A DNA stretch of 64,000 bases from Eledone cirrhosa (GCA_964016885.1 OZ024747.1:86738001-86802000); one strand, 5' to 3'. Counted from the stretch's first letter, positions 40,476 through 56,630 are shown. Notes: a model not told the origin generated them from the letters alone. Program-made: numbers and translations.

Positions 40476-42055
40476 TCAAGCAAAAGATAGTGAATATGAG
40501 GAATATACTAATACTAATAAGGATACGGATCAAAAATGTTATCACTCACAGTTGGGTAGGGTTATATTATGACCGGCAGTCATGGAAGCAATGATGTGAT
40601 TGGTTAACACACAGCTACGTATGCATACACTCACATAAAAGTATACGTATAAGCATGAGCACCCGCATGCACCTACACGCAAGCACCCATATGCAATACA
40701 GAAAGTATACACTAATACAAATAACATATCAAAAACGGATGGGCACATACTCCATACTGTGACAAAATATAGCAATAACAGTAGAAACGATGACATATAA
40801 CATGGAGGAGTACAATATAAAGAAATATAATAAATTATAAAAACATATAAAAATATGGGAACATAAGGACAAATAACGGAAGGAACATACATGGTAGGAA
40901 ACTCATAAGGAGTACACCGTAATGGATGAGAAATAAACAATAAAGGAATAAGAATATAAAAAGTATAAAATGCATGGTAAAAATATGTTTTTAAAAGAAG
41001 TTAAGAGATAAAAATAGATAAAAACTAGATAAAAACTAGATAAAAACTAGATAAAAAATAGATAAAAAATAAAGTAAAATATACACCATAAAGGAAGGTG
41101 TGAATAAAGATGAGACTGGCAAAGGTATAAGTTATCAAGCTATGTGCAACAAGTGATATACGTAAAATATATAAAATATATAAAAGAAACATATATATAA
41201 GGATATATATATATATCAGTCAAAATAATACATATTTATAAAAATAACTGGGGGTAAATAAGGTAATAAGGATAATATGGATGATAATGAAGGCATGTAA
41301 TGATAATAGTAGTATAGGTGCTAGTTTCCTAATATTGGAAATAATGTCAGTAAATTGAGTTAATAAAATAAAATAAAAATAAAAATAAAAATTTTGTTAA
41401 ATACTAATATAAAGTACTCATAATGTTTTAAGAAAATTTAGAAATTATAAGGTGACACTAATATTGATTCATGGTGATATAAGGAATATATCAGGAATAC
41501 AAGAAAATATTAGGTGTTGCAACTAGCAGCAGTCCAACAATAGAGTGTTCGAATGAGACCTTTATAAGCAGATGCGATGTCCACACTAGATGAGTGGACT
41601 ATTACAATATAATGGAGACATCCTGGGCTAGACAATCCCAAAAGTTCATACTTCAAAGTTCAATCCGCAGATGTGCATTCATAAAGTAGAGTACTCAGGC
41701 AAAAATCATTGGTTGACAAGATGTATCCATAAACATATCTCAAGCATGAACATATGCTGGGAAGGTTGCAGGCAAATTCTTATATAGCAATGCGAACATC
41801 AAAGGGCAAACAATTGAGGTGCATATCAGTGAATAAAAGCAGACAAAAGCAGATGGTTCCATACGGTTAGGTGAAGCAGGTTATTATTATGCATACCACT
41901 TAATATAAAATACTAAATACAAAATACAAGTGGCAAATTTAACACTCAACAACGTGCATAGCAAATAGCTTTCAGAGCCGATAACCTCTCAAAATCACAA
42001 CACTGAGTAACGTCGCTGGCATCACAAGAATACAGGTAGGGTTAGCCCAGAGACA

Positions 42056-42146
<91 letters not shown>

Positions 42147-43071
42147 TACACATACACACACACACACACACATAATACCGGTCACCCCAAATTTACGCGG
42201 ATATAGTGCTCAAATTGTCTTACCCAGCTATCAAAAGTCATAAACCTACAACAGGTGTTTTCACTGGTCACAGATAATGTAGTTTCACAGTAATAGAGGA
42301 ACAACAACCAATAGGAGTAATTAACCAGAGTAATCACGATTAAACTTAAAATTAAACCCCGTGAGAATATAAGTATTCACACGTGTAGTCACCAGATTCA
42401 AGTATAAACAAACCGTTAATAAATACGTAAGGTTATCAGGGCCAAGACGTTATTATTGGGAGAATACACACAGAGCGTCAATCTACGGAAAGCCAACTGT
42501 GTCAAAAACACAACACCAGGCAAAAACACCACAAAATCAGCATGTAAACTGTGAACCGCAGAGTAGGAGGGTAACACATACATGTACTCCATAACTACTG
42601 CCCACGGCGAGATGGCACAGGTCAGCCCACAGTGACTGGCTAAATCACCGTCCAATATGGGCACAGGCCCATTGGTTTACTCAGAGTCAACAAAAGTAAT
42701 TTAAATAAAAGGTGAGGGGCTGGCCAAATATAATCAAATGTGCATCTTATAACGCAGTACACACTTTACATAGATGTTATACATCACAACTCATGAGTAT
42801 ATAAAGGTACAAATCAACTCAATACACGTTGGGATAGACCCCCCAGTGCACAACACACACACGGTGGCTGGGCAAGTATGGATGGGTCACATCCACTGTA
42901 CCGAACAGGGGTGCTTATCAACATATACACCAACTCACATATACTCCCCGATATCAAAATTCCATATTCCCATGCAAGCATACATATACACACAGATTCA
43001 TACACAAACAAACAAAACAAACAATATGAGACAATTACACTAGATTACCCAACTGGAGAATTCTGAAAGTG

Positions 43072-43831
43072 TTAGCTAATAGGCTTAAAATAAAAGAAAG
43101 AGCTTAATATCTGGTGGGGGCAAGAAGAAAATATTTCTGACTTTCTATTAAGCAGGGAACACTTGGCAAATATAATAGAGTGGGATTCCATAAGGCAAAG
43201 GTTACATACTCTATTATGAGGAGTATAGGGATGGGATTTAGCAACTTGCCGCCAAGTGAGGGTGTACTGTGTTCGTGCATTTTTTAAATTGTGGACGTGC
43301 GCTGCCAAGGAAGTAGAATTCTTAAGTTTATTATGTCTAAATGTACACTGGTGAGAGTTGAATCTGGTTTTAAAAGAGGTGGAAGTTGATCCAATATAAG
43401 TTTTAGTGGAGGCAGTAGTTACCACATCACACGCATAAACTATGTTTCTAGTAAGGCAGAAACCATTCAGGGGGCAGCTTGAAGCCCTTCTACAGTTACA
43501 GTTTCTGGTGATGCTATTATCTAAATGATAACTAGCTTGCTGACTACGGGTATTCAAGCTATCACTGCCGACGTCAGTGCTTTCTCCTAGGCGTAAGGTG
43601 TCCAGGCCTTCCTTAATTTTCTTATTATTAGTATTGGCTAGATGAGAGGCCAGATTTTGGGTTGTAGAATACGAAAGTTTAACCACATTCATATTAAGGA
43701 TAGAATGGTACTTATTACCAGAAGGGAAGTTCCTTTCCAACATAGAGAAGAAGGCCCTAGGAATATTCGTAGCTACTTCAGAGTTAAATGGGGGGTTAAA
43801 ATATGTATTCAATCGTCTTCTATTCTTTTTA

Positions 43832-43836
<5 letters not shown>
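43072..43836 (-). CDS. Penelope-like GIY-YIG endonuclease domain (C-terminal part of an interrupted ORF)
   Basis: YFNPPFN, KLSYST, CNCRRASSCPLNGFCLTRNIVY...TYIGST...FKTRFNSH and CNLCLMES...LLNRKSEIFSSCPH. Confidence 0.9.
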
Positions 43837-44384
<548 letters not shown>

Positions 44385-45251
44385 TCCATTGCTAAGGTTA
44401 CTATGTTCAACTATTCTATGCGGGGAGCTATGAGGCTTACTATTACTGTTACTTAGTCCATTGGTACCCTGATGGTTCATTTTACTAGTATTCCTAACCC
44501 TCCTGCTCGAATTACCTCTAGTACCAATGGACATATTATGTGTTATAACAACACTGGTAGAGCTACTATTTGGACTACTATTTCCCTGGGCATAATGTAA
44601 TTTGTCCCTAAATCCGGATTTAGCTAAGGCATCATTATAATAATCAGCCTGCGAGTTAAACGCCTCTTCGCTATGCGAGAGTGAACTTATTCTGTTAGAG
44701 ACCCCCTTCAATATACCACTGATGACCGACTTAGGGTGGTTAGAGTTAGTATTCACATAAGTCAGCAATACATTAGGCTTATGGTACGGTGTGTACGTAT
44801 GGTTACCTAAGTCTAATGTAACATCAAGAAAGTTGACAGTTCTATCATTTATATCCATAGTAATGGACAGATTAAAGGTTTTAAAGAATTTATACAGCTT
44901 TTTCCTAATGCTCACTATATTATACTTGCTAACATCTATGGAGAGTAGGGCATCATCGCGGTACAACCCACCCCTAAGGAATGGGAAGTTACTATGCAGT
45001 TCGGTAAGGAGGTAGAGCCCAACTAAGTCAGTGACCTGAGCTGAATCACTTGACCCCATAGTAATGTCAAAATTATCCGGTGTGCTTTTTCTCGTCCATA
45101 ACGTATCCTCAAACATAATGATAGTCTTACGTGCAGCGAGAACGATATCTATCTGTGGCCGTGTAAGGTTCCCTTTCTGCATGGCTAGGATAAGGGCCTT
45201 ATTGAGGATGATAGGAGATATAGATGTATAATAAGCATCAATATCAAATTG
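44385..45251 (-). CDS. Penelope-like reverse transcriptase (5'-truncated), part of ORF 43995-45182
   Basis: IQFDIDAYYTSIS, FDITMGSSDSAQVTDLVG, GGLYRDDAL, VNFLDVTLDL and YHKPN...YVNTNSNHP. Confidence 0.9.
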
Positions 45252-47264
45252 GATGCCAGCGACGTTACTCAGTGTTGTGATTTTGAGAGGTTATCGGCTC
45301 TGAAAGCTATTTGCTATGCACGTTGTTGAGTGTTAAATTTGCCACTTGTATTTTGTATTTAGTATTTTATATTAAGTGGTATGCATAATAATAACCTGCT
45401 TCACCTAACCGTATGGAACCATCTGCTTTTGTCTGCTTTTATTCACTGATATGCACCTCAATTGTTTGCCCTTTGATGTTCGCATTGCTATATAAGAATT
45501 TGCCTGCAACCTTCCCAGCATATGTTCATGCTTGAGATATGTTTATGGATACATCTTGTCAACCAATGATTTTTGCCCGAGTACTCAACTTTATGAATGC
45601 ACATCTGCGGATTGAACTTTGAAGTATGAACTTTTGGGATTGTCTAACCCAGGATGTCTCCATTATATTGTAATAGTCCACTCATCTAGTGTGGACATCG
45701 CATCTGCTTATAAAGGTCTCATTCGAACACTCTATTGTTGGACTGCTGCTAGTTGCAACACCTAATATTTTCTTGTATTCCTGATATTTTCCTTATATCA
45801 CCATGAATCAATATTAGTGTCACCTTATAATTTCTAAATTTTCTTAAAACATTATGAGTACTTTATATTAGTATTTAACAAAATTTTTATTTTTATTTTT
45901 ATTTTTTTTTTTTAATTTAATTTTATTTTATTAACTCAATTTACTGACATTATTTCCAATATTAGGAAACTAGCACCTATACTACTATTATCATTACATG
46001 CCTTCATTATCATCCATATTATCCTTATTACCTTATTTACCCCCAGTTATTTTTATAAATATGTATTATTTTGACTGATATATATATCCTTATATATATG
46101 TTTCTTTTATATATTTTATATATTTTACGTATATCACTTGTTGCACATAGCTTGATAACTTATACCTTTGCCAGTCTCATCTTTATTCACACCTTCCTTT
46201 ATGGTGTATATTTTACTTTATTTTTTATCTATTTTTTATCTAGTTTTTATCTAGTTTTTATCTATTTTTATCTCTTAACTTCTTTTAAAAACATTTTTTT
46301 ACCATGCATTTTATACTTTTTATATTCTTATTCCTTTATTGTTTATTTCTCATCCATTACGGTGTACTCCTTATGAGTTTCCTACCATGTATGTTCCTTC
46401 CGTTATTTGTCCTTATGTTCCCATATTTTTATATGTTTTTATAATTTATTATATTTCTTTATATTGTACTCCTCCATGTTATATGTCATCGTTTCTACTG
46501 TTATTGCTATATTTTGTCACAGTATGGAGTATGTGCCCATCCGTTTTTGATATGTTATTTGTATTAGTGTATACTTTCTGTATTGCATATGGGTGCTTGC
46601 GTGTAGGTGCATGCGGGTGCTCATGCTTATACGTATACTTTTATGTGAGTGTATGCATACGTAGCTGTGTGTTAACCAATCACATCATTGCTTCCATGAC
46701 TGCCGGTCATAATATAACCCTACCCAACTGTGAGTGATAACATTTTTGATCCGTATCCTTATTACTATTAGTATAATCCTCATATTCACTATCTTTTGCT
46801 TGATTTTTATTTTTTATTTTTTATTTTTTATTTTTTATTTTTTATTTTTCATTTTTTATTTTTTATTTTTTATTTTTTATTTTTTATTTTTTATTTTTTA
46901 TTTTTTATTTTTTATTTTTTATTTTTTATTTTTTATTTTTTATTTTTTATTTTTTATTTTTTATTTTTTATTTTTTATTTTTTATTTTTTATTTTTTATT
47001 TTTTATTTTTTATTTTTTATTTTTTATTTTTTATTTTTTATTTTTTATTTTTTATTTTTTATTTTTTATTTTTTATTTTTTATTTTTTATTTTTTATTTT
47101 TTATTTTTTATTTTTTATTTATTTTTTTATTTTTTATTTTTTTTATTTTATCCTTTATTCCTTATCTTGTACATGAAAAATACTTTAAATTCCTCCCACC
47201 TTATGATATCCCCACATTATATTCTGTTTTGGATTTGTTAATGCTTCTATACTCTGTATCTACT

Positions 47265-47322
47265 CTTTAAGCTCTGAAGAGTCCCACTTTTAGTGTGGAC
47301 GAAACATTGTCAGCAATTAAAG
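47265..47322 (+). ncRNA. Type I hammerhead ribozyme (inverted-arm copy)
   Basis: gctctgaagagtcccacttttagtgtggacgaaacattgtcagc. Confidence 0.85.
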
Positions 47323-47355
47323 ATATACCTATGTTCTAAGCGCTCTTTGTTGTTA

Positions 47356-47432
<77 letters not shown>

Positions 47433-47440
47433 TATGCATA

Positions 47441-47547
47441 GAAATGACTTCTACAGGACGTTATATGTTTCATTCGTATGAAATTACCAGGGCATTCCTC
47501 TTGATTTCATACGAATGAAACAGATCTAGTCCGGTAGAAGTCATCTC
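47441..47547. repeat. Imperfect ~100 bp hairpin next to (TA)n
   Basis: atgacttctac...ttcattcgtatgaaat / atttcatacgaatgaaac...gtagaagtcat. Confidence 0.8.
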
Positions 47548-50094
47548 TCTATATAATTATGATGCCTACACACATACACACACATACATAACCTCTGAAT
47601 TATTCAATGCATAGTTAAACATTACTATTTCCTATTGTTTCTGATGGTTTTTGTATGTGTATGTATCATTTTCTTTCTTTATTATGTATTCTAAATGCTG
47701 CAGAATTCTCTATATAATTCATATTCTACATATGTCTGTGTTGTGTGATTTATATGTGCTGTGTCATGGATACGTTTTATTTTCTGTGCTCCAGTATTAT
47801 TCGTAAAAACAAATATAAAGTCAGTGAAGGATGTGATGCTAAATCTGTTGTTTTGTAAACCATGTTTAATTAATTAATGCATGATTGAAAAATGTGTACT
47901 CGTGTGTGGGGAACAGTCGAAGATATGAATATGATCTAATTCAGGTTTGACATTGTGTATATGCATTGTGATATAGCAAGTGTGAGTATCCATAGAATGG
48001 ATCATCTGTCCGTTTAATCAATTTATTTTACGAAAAAATCAGCCACTTTGTACCTAAATATTCAAATGTAATTTAGTAAAATGCAACTCGAATATAAGAT
48101 GCTACTGAAATTATAAATAGAGAATGAATAATAAAACAGATTTGTAAAAAATCATCGACTGCATGCAATACGACAATAAATGATCTAAACATCATTAAAC
48201 AATAAGCATCGAATACTCAAAAATATCCGCCCAGAAAACAGACTAAATATTAATATGATGTGTGACCTTAATGGGTATATGATTAAGGTATTCAGAAAAT
48301 CTAGTTTCCTCATTGGTAATGTATCTAAAGTAAATTAACTTGGTAGTTTCTTTCCGTAAGTAGGTATTTATTCTATGTAGGTTTTTAATATAGTACTACA
48401 AACAAACAAGACTTATCTCACTTATACTAATATTTGCACCTATGGCAGTTTCTTGAATACAGGCAACGAATGCTATTTCACGAAAACATTTACACCATGA
48501 GTGTCATAACTTACATACTAGTCTCTTAAATTATTCGCAAATTTCATTCCATGTATCCACACAATACACTATTTCGGCTTGTCCTTCGTTCAAATTCAAC
48601 TGGTGTTGACCTTGACATTCCTCACTCCGGGATTGATACTTAATTTATTTCACCTTACCTTTCATGATACGACTTGACGCTCTATCATTAAGACATGAGA
48701 AACGCCAATGAGATGCAATTACGTTGGAGGTCTGCTAAACCTTCACAGGTGTGAGCTATAAATTTCCTTTCATTTAATTTTCGTATATTGTAGACAAGAA
48801 AGCAAAAGTTTTTAGAATATATTTGTGGATGTTTTGTGAATAACAAGCTGATGTTTAATCAATACTGTAATATTTGTATCATTAGATCAGTTACCGTGAA
48901 TATCGATGACATGGTTATCAACTATATATTTAATGTCTGTTGAACCCGAGCATAAATGTACACATGTAGCGAATAAAACCTAAACTTTAATCATATGGAT
49001 TTACTATACGTGCATATTATACATATAGATAATAACCATGAATTAAAGGAGATACAACACTATGTACATTTTAGTAATGATGCAATTAACGAAAGACAAT
49101 AAGCAAATAATATGAAGACTCAACATTTAATTTGATATGTATGATGTTTGAAATTAATTTATGCTTGTTAGCAGCTTCGAAGTTTAAGCAGCCTAGATTA
49201 AATATATTAGGATATCAAGAGATATACGGTTGTGTCGGAGATATATAAGATATATGAAGTACTGAAGGTAAAAATAAACACATTATAATTAAATAAGATT
49301 TCAACCGTATTGAAAAGTCAAACCATTTTAAAACTTCAATGAGGAAAATACCTAATTTAAAATTAATTGAATGAGTGCATGCGTTGAGGATTTAATGATT
49401 GTTATCGCATTTCAATTGATCTGTCTTCTCAGCGATGTGAAAAACATTCAAAATAATCAATTATTTGGATATTAGGTCCATTATAACGGAGTATGAGTTC
49501 AAATGAAAGGATATATGGCACAAGTCTTTCGAATGTCAATGTGTATTAATAAATGCATTATAACATATTCAGTATAAAAATATTGTTGTTAATTTTGATG
49601 TTATATTTGTGGGGAATGTGGAGAGAGAGAGAAAGAGAGGGGGGGAGAGAGAAGTACTCGATGATCAGGCAGATGAATTAATTTAGTTGGAATAATTCCA
49701 ACTACATTAAAGTAACTCATTAACCCTTTTGATACCAAACGACCTGAAACAGTCTCTATTTCTACGGTTCAATATTATATACTTTTAACGTTTTCTATTT
49801 ATCTAAAAATCTTCCAGTATAATAGTATGTAAAATGTTTTCTCAAGTTAGGCAGCGAACACTAAATTAATAATGAATTAGATGTGAATAAGTTATAAGAA
49901 ACGTTACATGAATAAGTTTATATTATTGTTTAGAATAATATACATAAAGGCCAAGAACATTCCTTTATCTAGTGTCAACTTAGTACTTACATTTTATTTG
50001 CTTTCAATTGCACATTTTATTTCATATTTGGAAATAAAATTTAAATTCAGTAACATATGCATTAGATATATTTTTATGTTAATCGATGCATTGA

Positions 50095-50370
50095 AGGCGC
50101 GTAACGTAGTGGTATGGTGTTTAGCTCACAACGGTAAATTTGTGAATTCGAACAAGACAATGTATTTCACATTGCTCCAGTCAATTCAACTGGCAACATA
50201 CATTATACGTAATTCAAAGGCAAGCTTGTCGCATACTGCATTACGCCGAATCTTCCTGATATATAAGGGCGTACATGTCAGTGGAATGCTCAGACACTTG
50301 CACGTTAATTTCCCGAGACAAATATTCCGTTGTTGGAACAAGTTGAACACTCAACATCGGAAATGTCGAA
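50095..50370 (+). mobile_element. Old tRNA-derived SINE (second family)
   Basis: tRNA-like head ggcgcgtaacgtagtggta...; 3' part gtggaatgctcagacacttgcacgttaatttc. Related relics at ~16400-16500, ~50840 and ~59900. Confidence 0.55.
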
Positions 50371-50476
50371 GTTTTATTGTCAGTTTATGTATTTATTGTA
50401 AACAATTTATACTGGCTAATTTATTTGGGGTTTTTACCTCACTTGTCCTATATATTCTTTCAAGCATAACTGATCA

Positions 50477-50620
50477 TTGGCAGTATCGGTAGAGAGTAGG
50501 ACGCCATGCTTTCTAGCATAGTTACGTCTCTTAACGGTCTGAATTCAAATCCCGTCGAGGTTAACTTTGCCTTACATCCTTACGGGATCGATAAAATAAA
50601 GTACCAAAAGTAGAAATAAT
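50477..50620 (+). mobile_element. tRNA-derived SINE
   Basis: Matches the SINE consensus. Confidence 0.85.
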
Positions 50621-51596
50621 TATTTTAATTTATATACATATGACAATTGTTTAAAAGCTGACTTGTGTCGTTTAGTATTTTTTGACAGTCGTTCTCATCG
50701 GTATCATATTCATCATATGCGGATGCAGTACGGCTGAGTAGTTAAGTTTCATTCACTCTCATTTGGTCCCAGATAATAACAAATGCGTGTCATCATGGAC
50801 ATGTGTCATCATCGTAGTCTAAGGTCGACTCAATATTTGTGGAAGTTCGCTGGATGGATTATACCTGTAATTCAAACGAATGGCATTGTGACACATTGTG
50901 TGACGCTGAGTCGTAATTATAAGTTATGCTCATCGTTGAAGTCGACGGAGTATGTATCGTGTATTGTGTTTGCTTTATGAAAAAGAGCTCTTTAATCCTG
51001 TGCTGTGAGATGTGCAAAGTTTCATTGCTATAATTATGTACGTTATTTCCATTTTATCGATGTAATTTCTTGAAACTTCTCACATTTTGTGAATCTGAGG
51101 CTTACTATAAAATTGATAAGAAGGTCTCCAGTTGACATGTCCACTTAATTTAGATTATAGTATTGAGATTCTGTAAACTGGCTTGTCTTTAGTTGTACAA
51201 CACTGATTGTCAAAATCTCAGCCTAATTTCTGTTGGAAATGCGAGCAATGCGGCGACCATGTCTCTGCTTTTACCGAAACACATTATAAATTACAAGATA
51301 TTTTTATCAGGAATATCACAAAATGCATTGAAATACTTTTATCTGAATATTTTAATTTGTAGAATTATATTAAGTAGATTAGATATTTTGTTTATATCTT
51401 AACTTCTTATTCCTGTAATATTTCCTGGGTATTTTCACTCACAGAGATATTAAATATTGATATATGTAGAGAAAAAAATAAGAGATAAATACGTATGTGA
51501 ATGAATAGTTAGATGAGATCTAAATATAATATAAGATTTGGACGAATCAATAAATTTGAAAAAGAACATAAAGGTAACGAGAGAAAGATCATATAT

Positions 51597-51678
<82 letters not shown>

Positions 51679-51766
51679 TATATATATATTATATATATAT
51701 ATATATACATATGTACATGTATATATACATATGTATATAAATATGTATATATACATATATATATAC

Positions 51767-51800
<34 letters not shown>

Positions 51801-51950
51801 AATATATATATATAATATATAAATATATATAATATATATATATATAATATATATATATATATTATATATATATTAATTTATTAAAATAACAGATTAAAGT
51901 TTAAGCAAAGAATCGCTTTGGATTTTAGTCTTCAAATTTATTATTATTAC

Positions 51951-51984
<34 letters not shown>

Positions 51985-52254
51985 TCGTTCTGAGTGATAT
52001 CGAGGCTTATCCGATTATTATTTCTATTTTAGGAATAAATTATGGATGCAGTCAAATATTCACTATATAACAACCAATACCTACAGCAACTATTTCTAAA
52101 GCTAATGTGTATATTTGTTATACGGTCATTCGCATCAACAATTGTTTGAATATTAATTCAAATTTTGCTGTAGGATATAAATACATGAGCCAGGAACCGG
52201 TAACTAGGATTATCATAGACCTTATTAACTGTACAAAAACATCTGTGTTTGTGT

Positions 52255-52324
<70 letters not shown>

Positions 52325-52472
52325 TGTATTATGTGTGTGTGAGTGTGTGTGTAAATTTATCCTTTTCTTATGGTTCTCACAATTAAAAATTAAGTATATA
52401 TATATATATATATTTACTCCGTATATATATATATATATATATATTAATTTATTATTTTATTAATTTATATAT

Positions 52473-52570
<98 letters not shown>

Positions 52571-54000
52571 CCGGAGTAAATTTGTCTGAAGTGGCCGGGA
52601 AAGCAAAATCAGCCTCATACTAATGAGACGAAAGAAATGCCTTAGTTTCCACAATTTCAACCTCACTTGTCAATACATGATTTTATCTAACAACAGGAAG
52701 TGATTTGCTTAAGATATTTTATTTAAAACCAAGCATATACTTGAAATTTGTACATCAAAATTCAAGTAATGGAATGATATTCACTACTAAACCAACTGAT
52801 GGGAAATATTTTCTACGCCTAATTCACCTTTATTTGCCATAACCTTGCACTAATTATTATTCAGCTTATTCCTCGTTGACTTCCTCTTCCTACTAATCAA
52901 TATTTCACATCCAATACATTTTATCCTCTTAGTTCAAGCTAAATATATTGGAAGATTGTTTCTCAATTTTATTGTTTTCTATAAGTCAATATCATTGGAG
53001 AAACAAACACCATTACAAAAGTATGATGAATCTTAATTTTACTGACTTTAACACACAATGTGTGTCGTTGTATGCGTCAATTCTATAGTATCATTTAACT
53101 CTCGTGCAGATTTCTTAAAAGAGAAGATTTAGCACTAGATAATATAGTAGTCATGGTTATGAATGATACCATGGGAAGTTTGATGCTGTAACGATATAAT
53201 TATCATAAGCCGTTCGGCAAAATAACAGCAGAAACTAATCTTCCTTACCGTTTAAATGACCAGAAATAGTGTCACAGTATTCATAATTCGGTAAATAAGA
53301 AACGATGATTGATCCTCTTTTTTTTTCAATCTGAACTTACCAAAAACAATGAAAGCAGATCTCTCGAATTTTGTAAATTATTTCTTGGAAAAAACCTCCA
53401 GTGTTATTTTCTAGCAATTGACTTTTTATTTTATGTTGGTATCTATGCATTGATTAAACTGATACAATCTTTCTACATAAGACATGAATATGAATTTCAG
53501 GTGCGCAGATATTCATGCTTTCCTTAAACACATCAAATTCGCTCATCGTTACAAACCAATTGTTGTCGATACATTTCAGAATATGAATGCAAAAATGAAG
53601 ATATCAAAATTAAATCTATATATAATCATGAGGCACTATATCAGTAATTGCATTATTTTTTATGTACTGCTTAAATCAACTAAATACAGTGATCTGATCA
53701 TTAATGTACATATTGTAGATCAGTAGGCCAGTAAGCATATATAGATGCCTATATACGTATACCCTATTATTAGGTTGGATATATATATATATATAGTATT
53801 AAGGGTACTATTTATGGTTATGTATGTAATAAAACCTTTAATGGTAATATATTATATATACAAACCTTAAATAGTGAAAGATAGTCATTAATTACTATCC
53901 TATTACCAGTAAGATAAATAGCTCAATGTTTTACATCAGTTGTTTTACAGAGCAGTTATATAGAGATTACAATAATCAAAGTTCAGTTTAAGTCATTTAT

Positions 54001-54049
54001 TTGCTTACAATTGTTTCCTCCAAACCGAGGTTTGGATTCTTCGGAGCAA
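54001..54049 (-). ncRNA. Hammerhead-like motif, core CCGAAGA
   Basis: UUGCU CCGAAGA A UCCAAAC-CUCG-GUUUGGA G GAAA CAAUUG UA AGCAA. Confidence 0.6.
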
Positions 54050-54565
54050 CTATTTACTGATCTATAACATACTTGACCTCCTTTTCAACCCAAGAGACAC
54101 ATTAAGGTTTATAGTATGTTGAAAGTTTCTGATATTTTGGTGTTTCCCTGCATCCGAGACTGTATATCATACAGATGTATGAGAATAAATGACTTAATAA
54201 TTCAGCCCACATAATAAGATCGATTGCCTGCTTCAACTGCCTGACCCTGCAAATATCATTCTGACGCACTCTAATCATGTATAAATAAGACACGCGTGCA
54301 TGCTACACGTGAGATTGTTTCATGCACTGACTACTCTAAGCTTTACTCTTGCTTTATCTTCATAGACTGCCAACGCTTCATGTTTATCTTTATTTTCATT
54401 CTTGCTTTTATTTTTATTTTTATTTTTATCCTGTAACCTTTACATGTAAATTGCCATGCTATATCATTTGATGAGTGTCGCCCCACTGTTGATCAATATG
54501 CGCATATGTTTTATGTGTCTCTTGGGTTGAAAAGGAGGTCAAGTATGTTATAGATCAGTAAATAG

Positions 54566-54614
54566 TTGCTCAGAAGAATCCAAACCTCGGTTTGGAGGAA
54601 ACAATTGTAAGCAA
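54566..54614 (+). ncRNA. Hammerhead-like motif, core CAGAAGA
   Basis: UUGCU CAGAAGA A UCCAAAC-CUCG-GUUUGGA G GAAA CAAUUG UA AGCAA. Confidence 0.6.
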
Positions 54615-54647
54615 ATAAATGACTTAAACTGAACTTTGATTATTGTA

Positions 54648-54729
<82 letters not shown>

Positions 54730-54815
54730 CGAGAGAGAGAGAGAGAGAGAGGAGGGGGAATTCAATAAGTTGCTTTCACCCTTAACGGGATCATTATATG
54801 TATATATATAATATA

Positions 54816-54934
<119 letters not shown>

Positions 54935-56134
54935 TAGCCCTTCTACAGCTCAGATGACATTATGATCGCCTTATAATGTTCACTATAGGTTAGCTTTGCC
55001 TTTCATCCTTACAGGGTCGATAAAATAAAGCACCAGTAATGCACTGAAGTAATTCCAAATATATTATCATTACCTGACAGTAATTTAATTCCTCAATATA
55101 CCAGTCATATAAGTAAATTTAATTGAATATTTATGGTGTCAACATTTCGATAATTTCATTTCTCATCATATCTGTGTATTTGTTTTTATCTTTCCTCACA
55201 CCAATAGGTGTGTAATGGCGCGTTTCCCAGTTGTTAAGAAATTTGGCTCAACGTCGTGAATTCGAGTTCTGAACCAAGCGACTTGTTCTGTTCCTCAACA
55301 CTAATCAACATTTTACGTTGCTGTTCATGTTACAATTGGGCCTTTATCATCTCTTATGAGATATCAAGTCATAGGAAGCCAGTTAAATCTGCATAGTTAT
55401 GTGCTGTACATTACATTTAATTTTATCTGTCAACCAACACATATGTTAACCTCTCTTCATTCTTTGCTCTCTCTCTCACTATTCATTTTAAGCTTTTGGA
55501 TGAGTAAAAGGGTTAAATTCTTGTTATGAAATACTATTATTTATATTGATTTAAATCCTTTCAGGTGTCCCGTTTTCTTTTATCTTTTTTTGAAATATTA
55601 CTAAAACTACAAAGGATGGGCAGAACACAAAATAAAATAGACATGAAAGTAAATGAAATAAAGAGACTGAAAACATCATACAGTAAAGAAAATAATAACA
55701 ACACATGCAGAATGAAATAAAGGTGCAGAGCATACTAACACAATATTTAAGTAGGTTCGATAATATTAATAAATCTGCATTAGAAAACGCCTACAAAATG
55801 CACGAATGAGAAATAATAAGATTATAATTGAGAAATCTAAAAGAGAAGCATCACCAGTGGTAGCGGAAGATATAACAAACCTTTTCTCGTGTTATACATG
55901 TTATTTTCTCAATATTTTGAATTCTACACAAATAATGATTTACATTTAAATTCCTACAGCTGTTATCTTTATTTTTTCCAACATATTCGTAACGTTAATT
56001 CTTTGATGAAGAAAAAAAGTTCTCATATCCGGAATTAAAGTCCGATATCAAAGGCTAGATTTCCTGTGGAGGACCAAATATACCTCAGATCGTATGGTTA
56101 ACGCAGGTTCCCTTTGATCACGAATTACTATGCT

Positions 56135-56418
56135 TTACCGCCTGGAAATTTCTCCTCCGAGGCACACGACTGAGTAAGGTGCGTTCGAGGAAACCAGCAG
56201 TCGACCATGCATGCCACTCTCCCCTCTCCACGCCACAGATGTTGTCCAAGGGAAAGGCAATGGCCGATATAGCTCGGCACCAGTGACGTTGCAACTCATT
56301 TCTACAGCTGAGTGAACTGGAATAACGTGAAATAAAGTATTTTGATCAAGAACCCAACGCATCACCCAATTCGAGATTCAAACTCATAACCTTATGATTG
56401 TGAGCTGAACGCTCTAGT
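56135..56418 (-). mobile_element. tRNA-derived SINE (third family)
   Basis: gcaactcatttctacagctgagtgaactgga...tgaaataaagt...caagaacccaacgc...ttcaaactcataacct; tRNA-like head on the minus strand. Confidence 0.65.
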
Positions 56419-56446
56419 CTTTATGAACCGCAATTATGTTTTATTA

Positions 56447-56630
56447 TTGGCAGTATTGGTAGAGGGCCGGACGCTATGCTTTGACGCATAGAGTTTCGGC
56501 CCTTGCCATTCTGAGTTCGAATCCCGCCGAGGTTAACTTTGCCTTTCATCCTTACGGGGTCGATAAAATAAAGTACCAGTAATACACTGGGTAATTGCTG
56601 GCCTTGTGCCAAAAAGTACAAACAATTATT
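56447..56630 (+). mobile_element. tRNA-derived SINE
   Basis: Matches the SINE consensus, with B-box gagttcgaatccc. Confidence 0.88.

Larger units (their letters stand above)
53962..54653. repeat. Element with 141 bp inverted repeats (53962-54102 / 54513-54653), each carrying a hammerhead-like motif
   Basis: Arms are nearly identical; paired coordinates sum to 108615. Confidence 0.9.

Noticed and set aside
40121-40545. FFIFYFL repeat 'membrane protein' ORFs (also 46734-47270)
   Set aside because: Translations of the (TTTTTA)n array.
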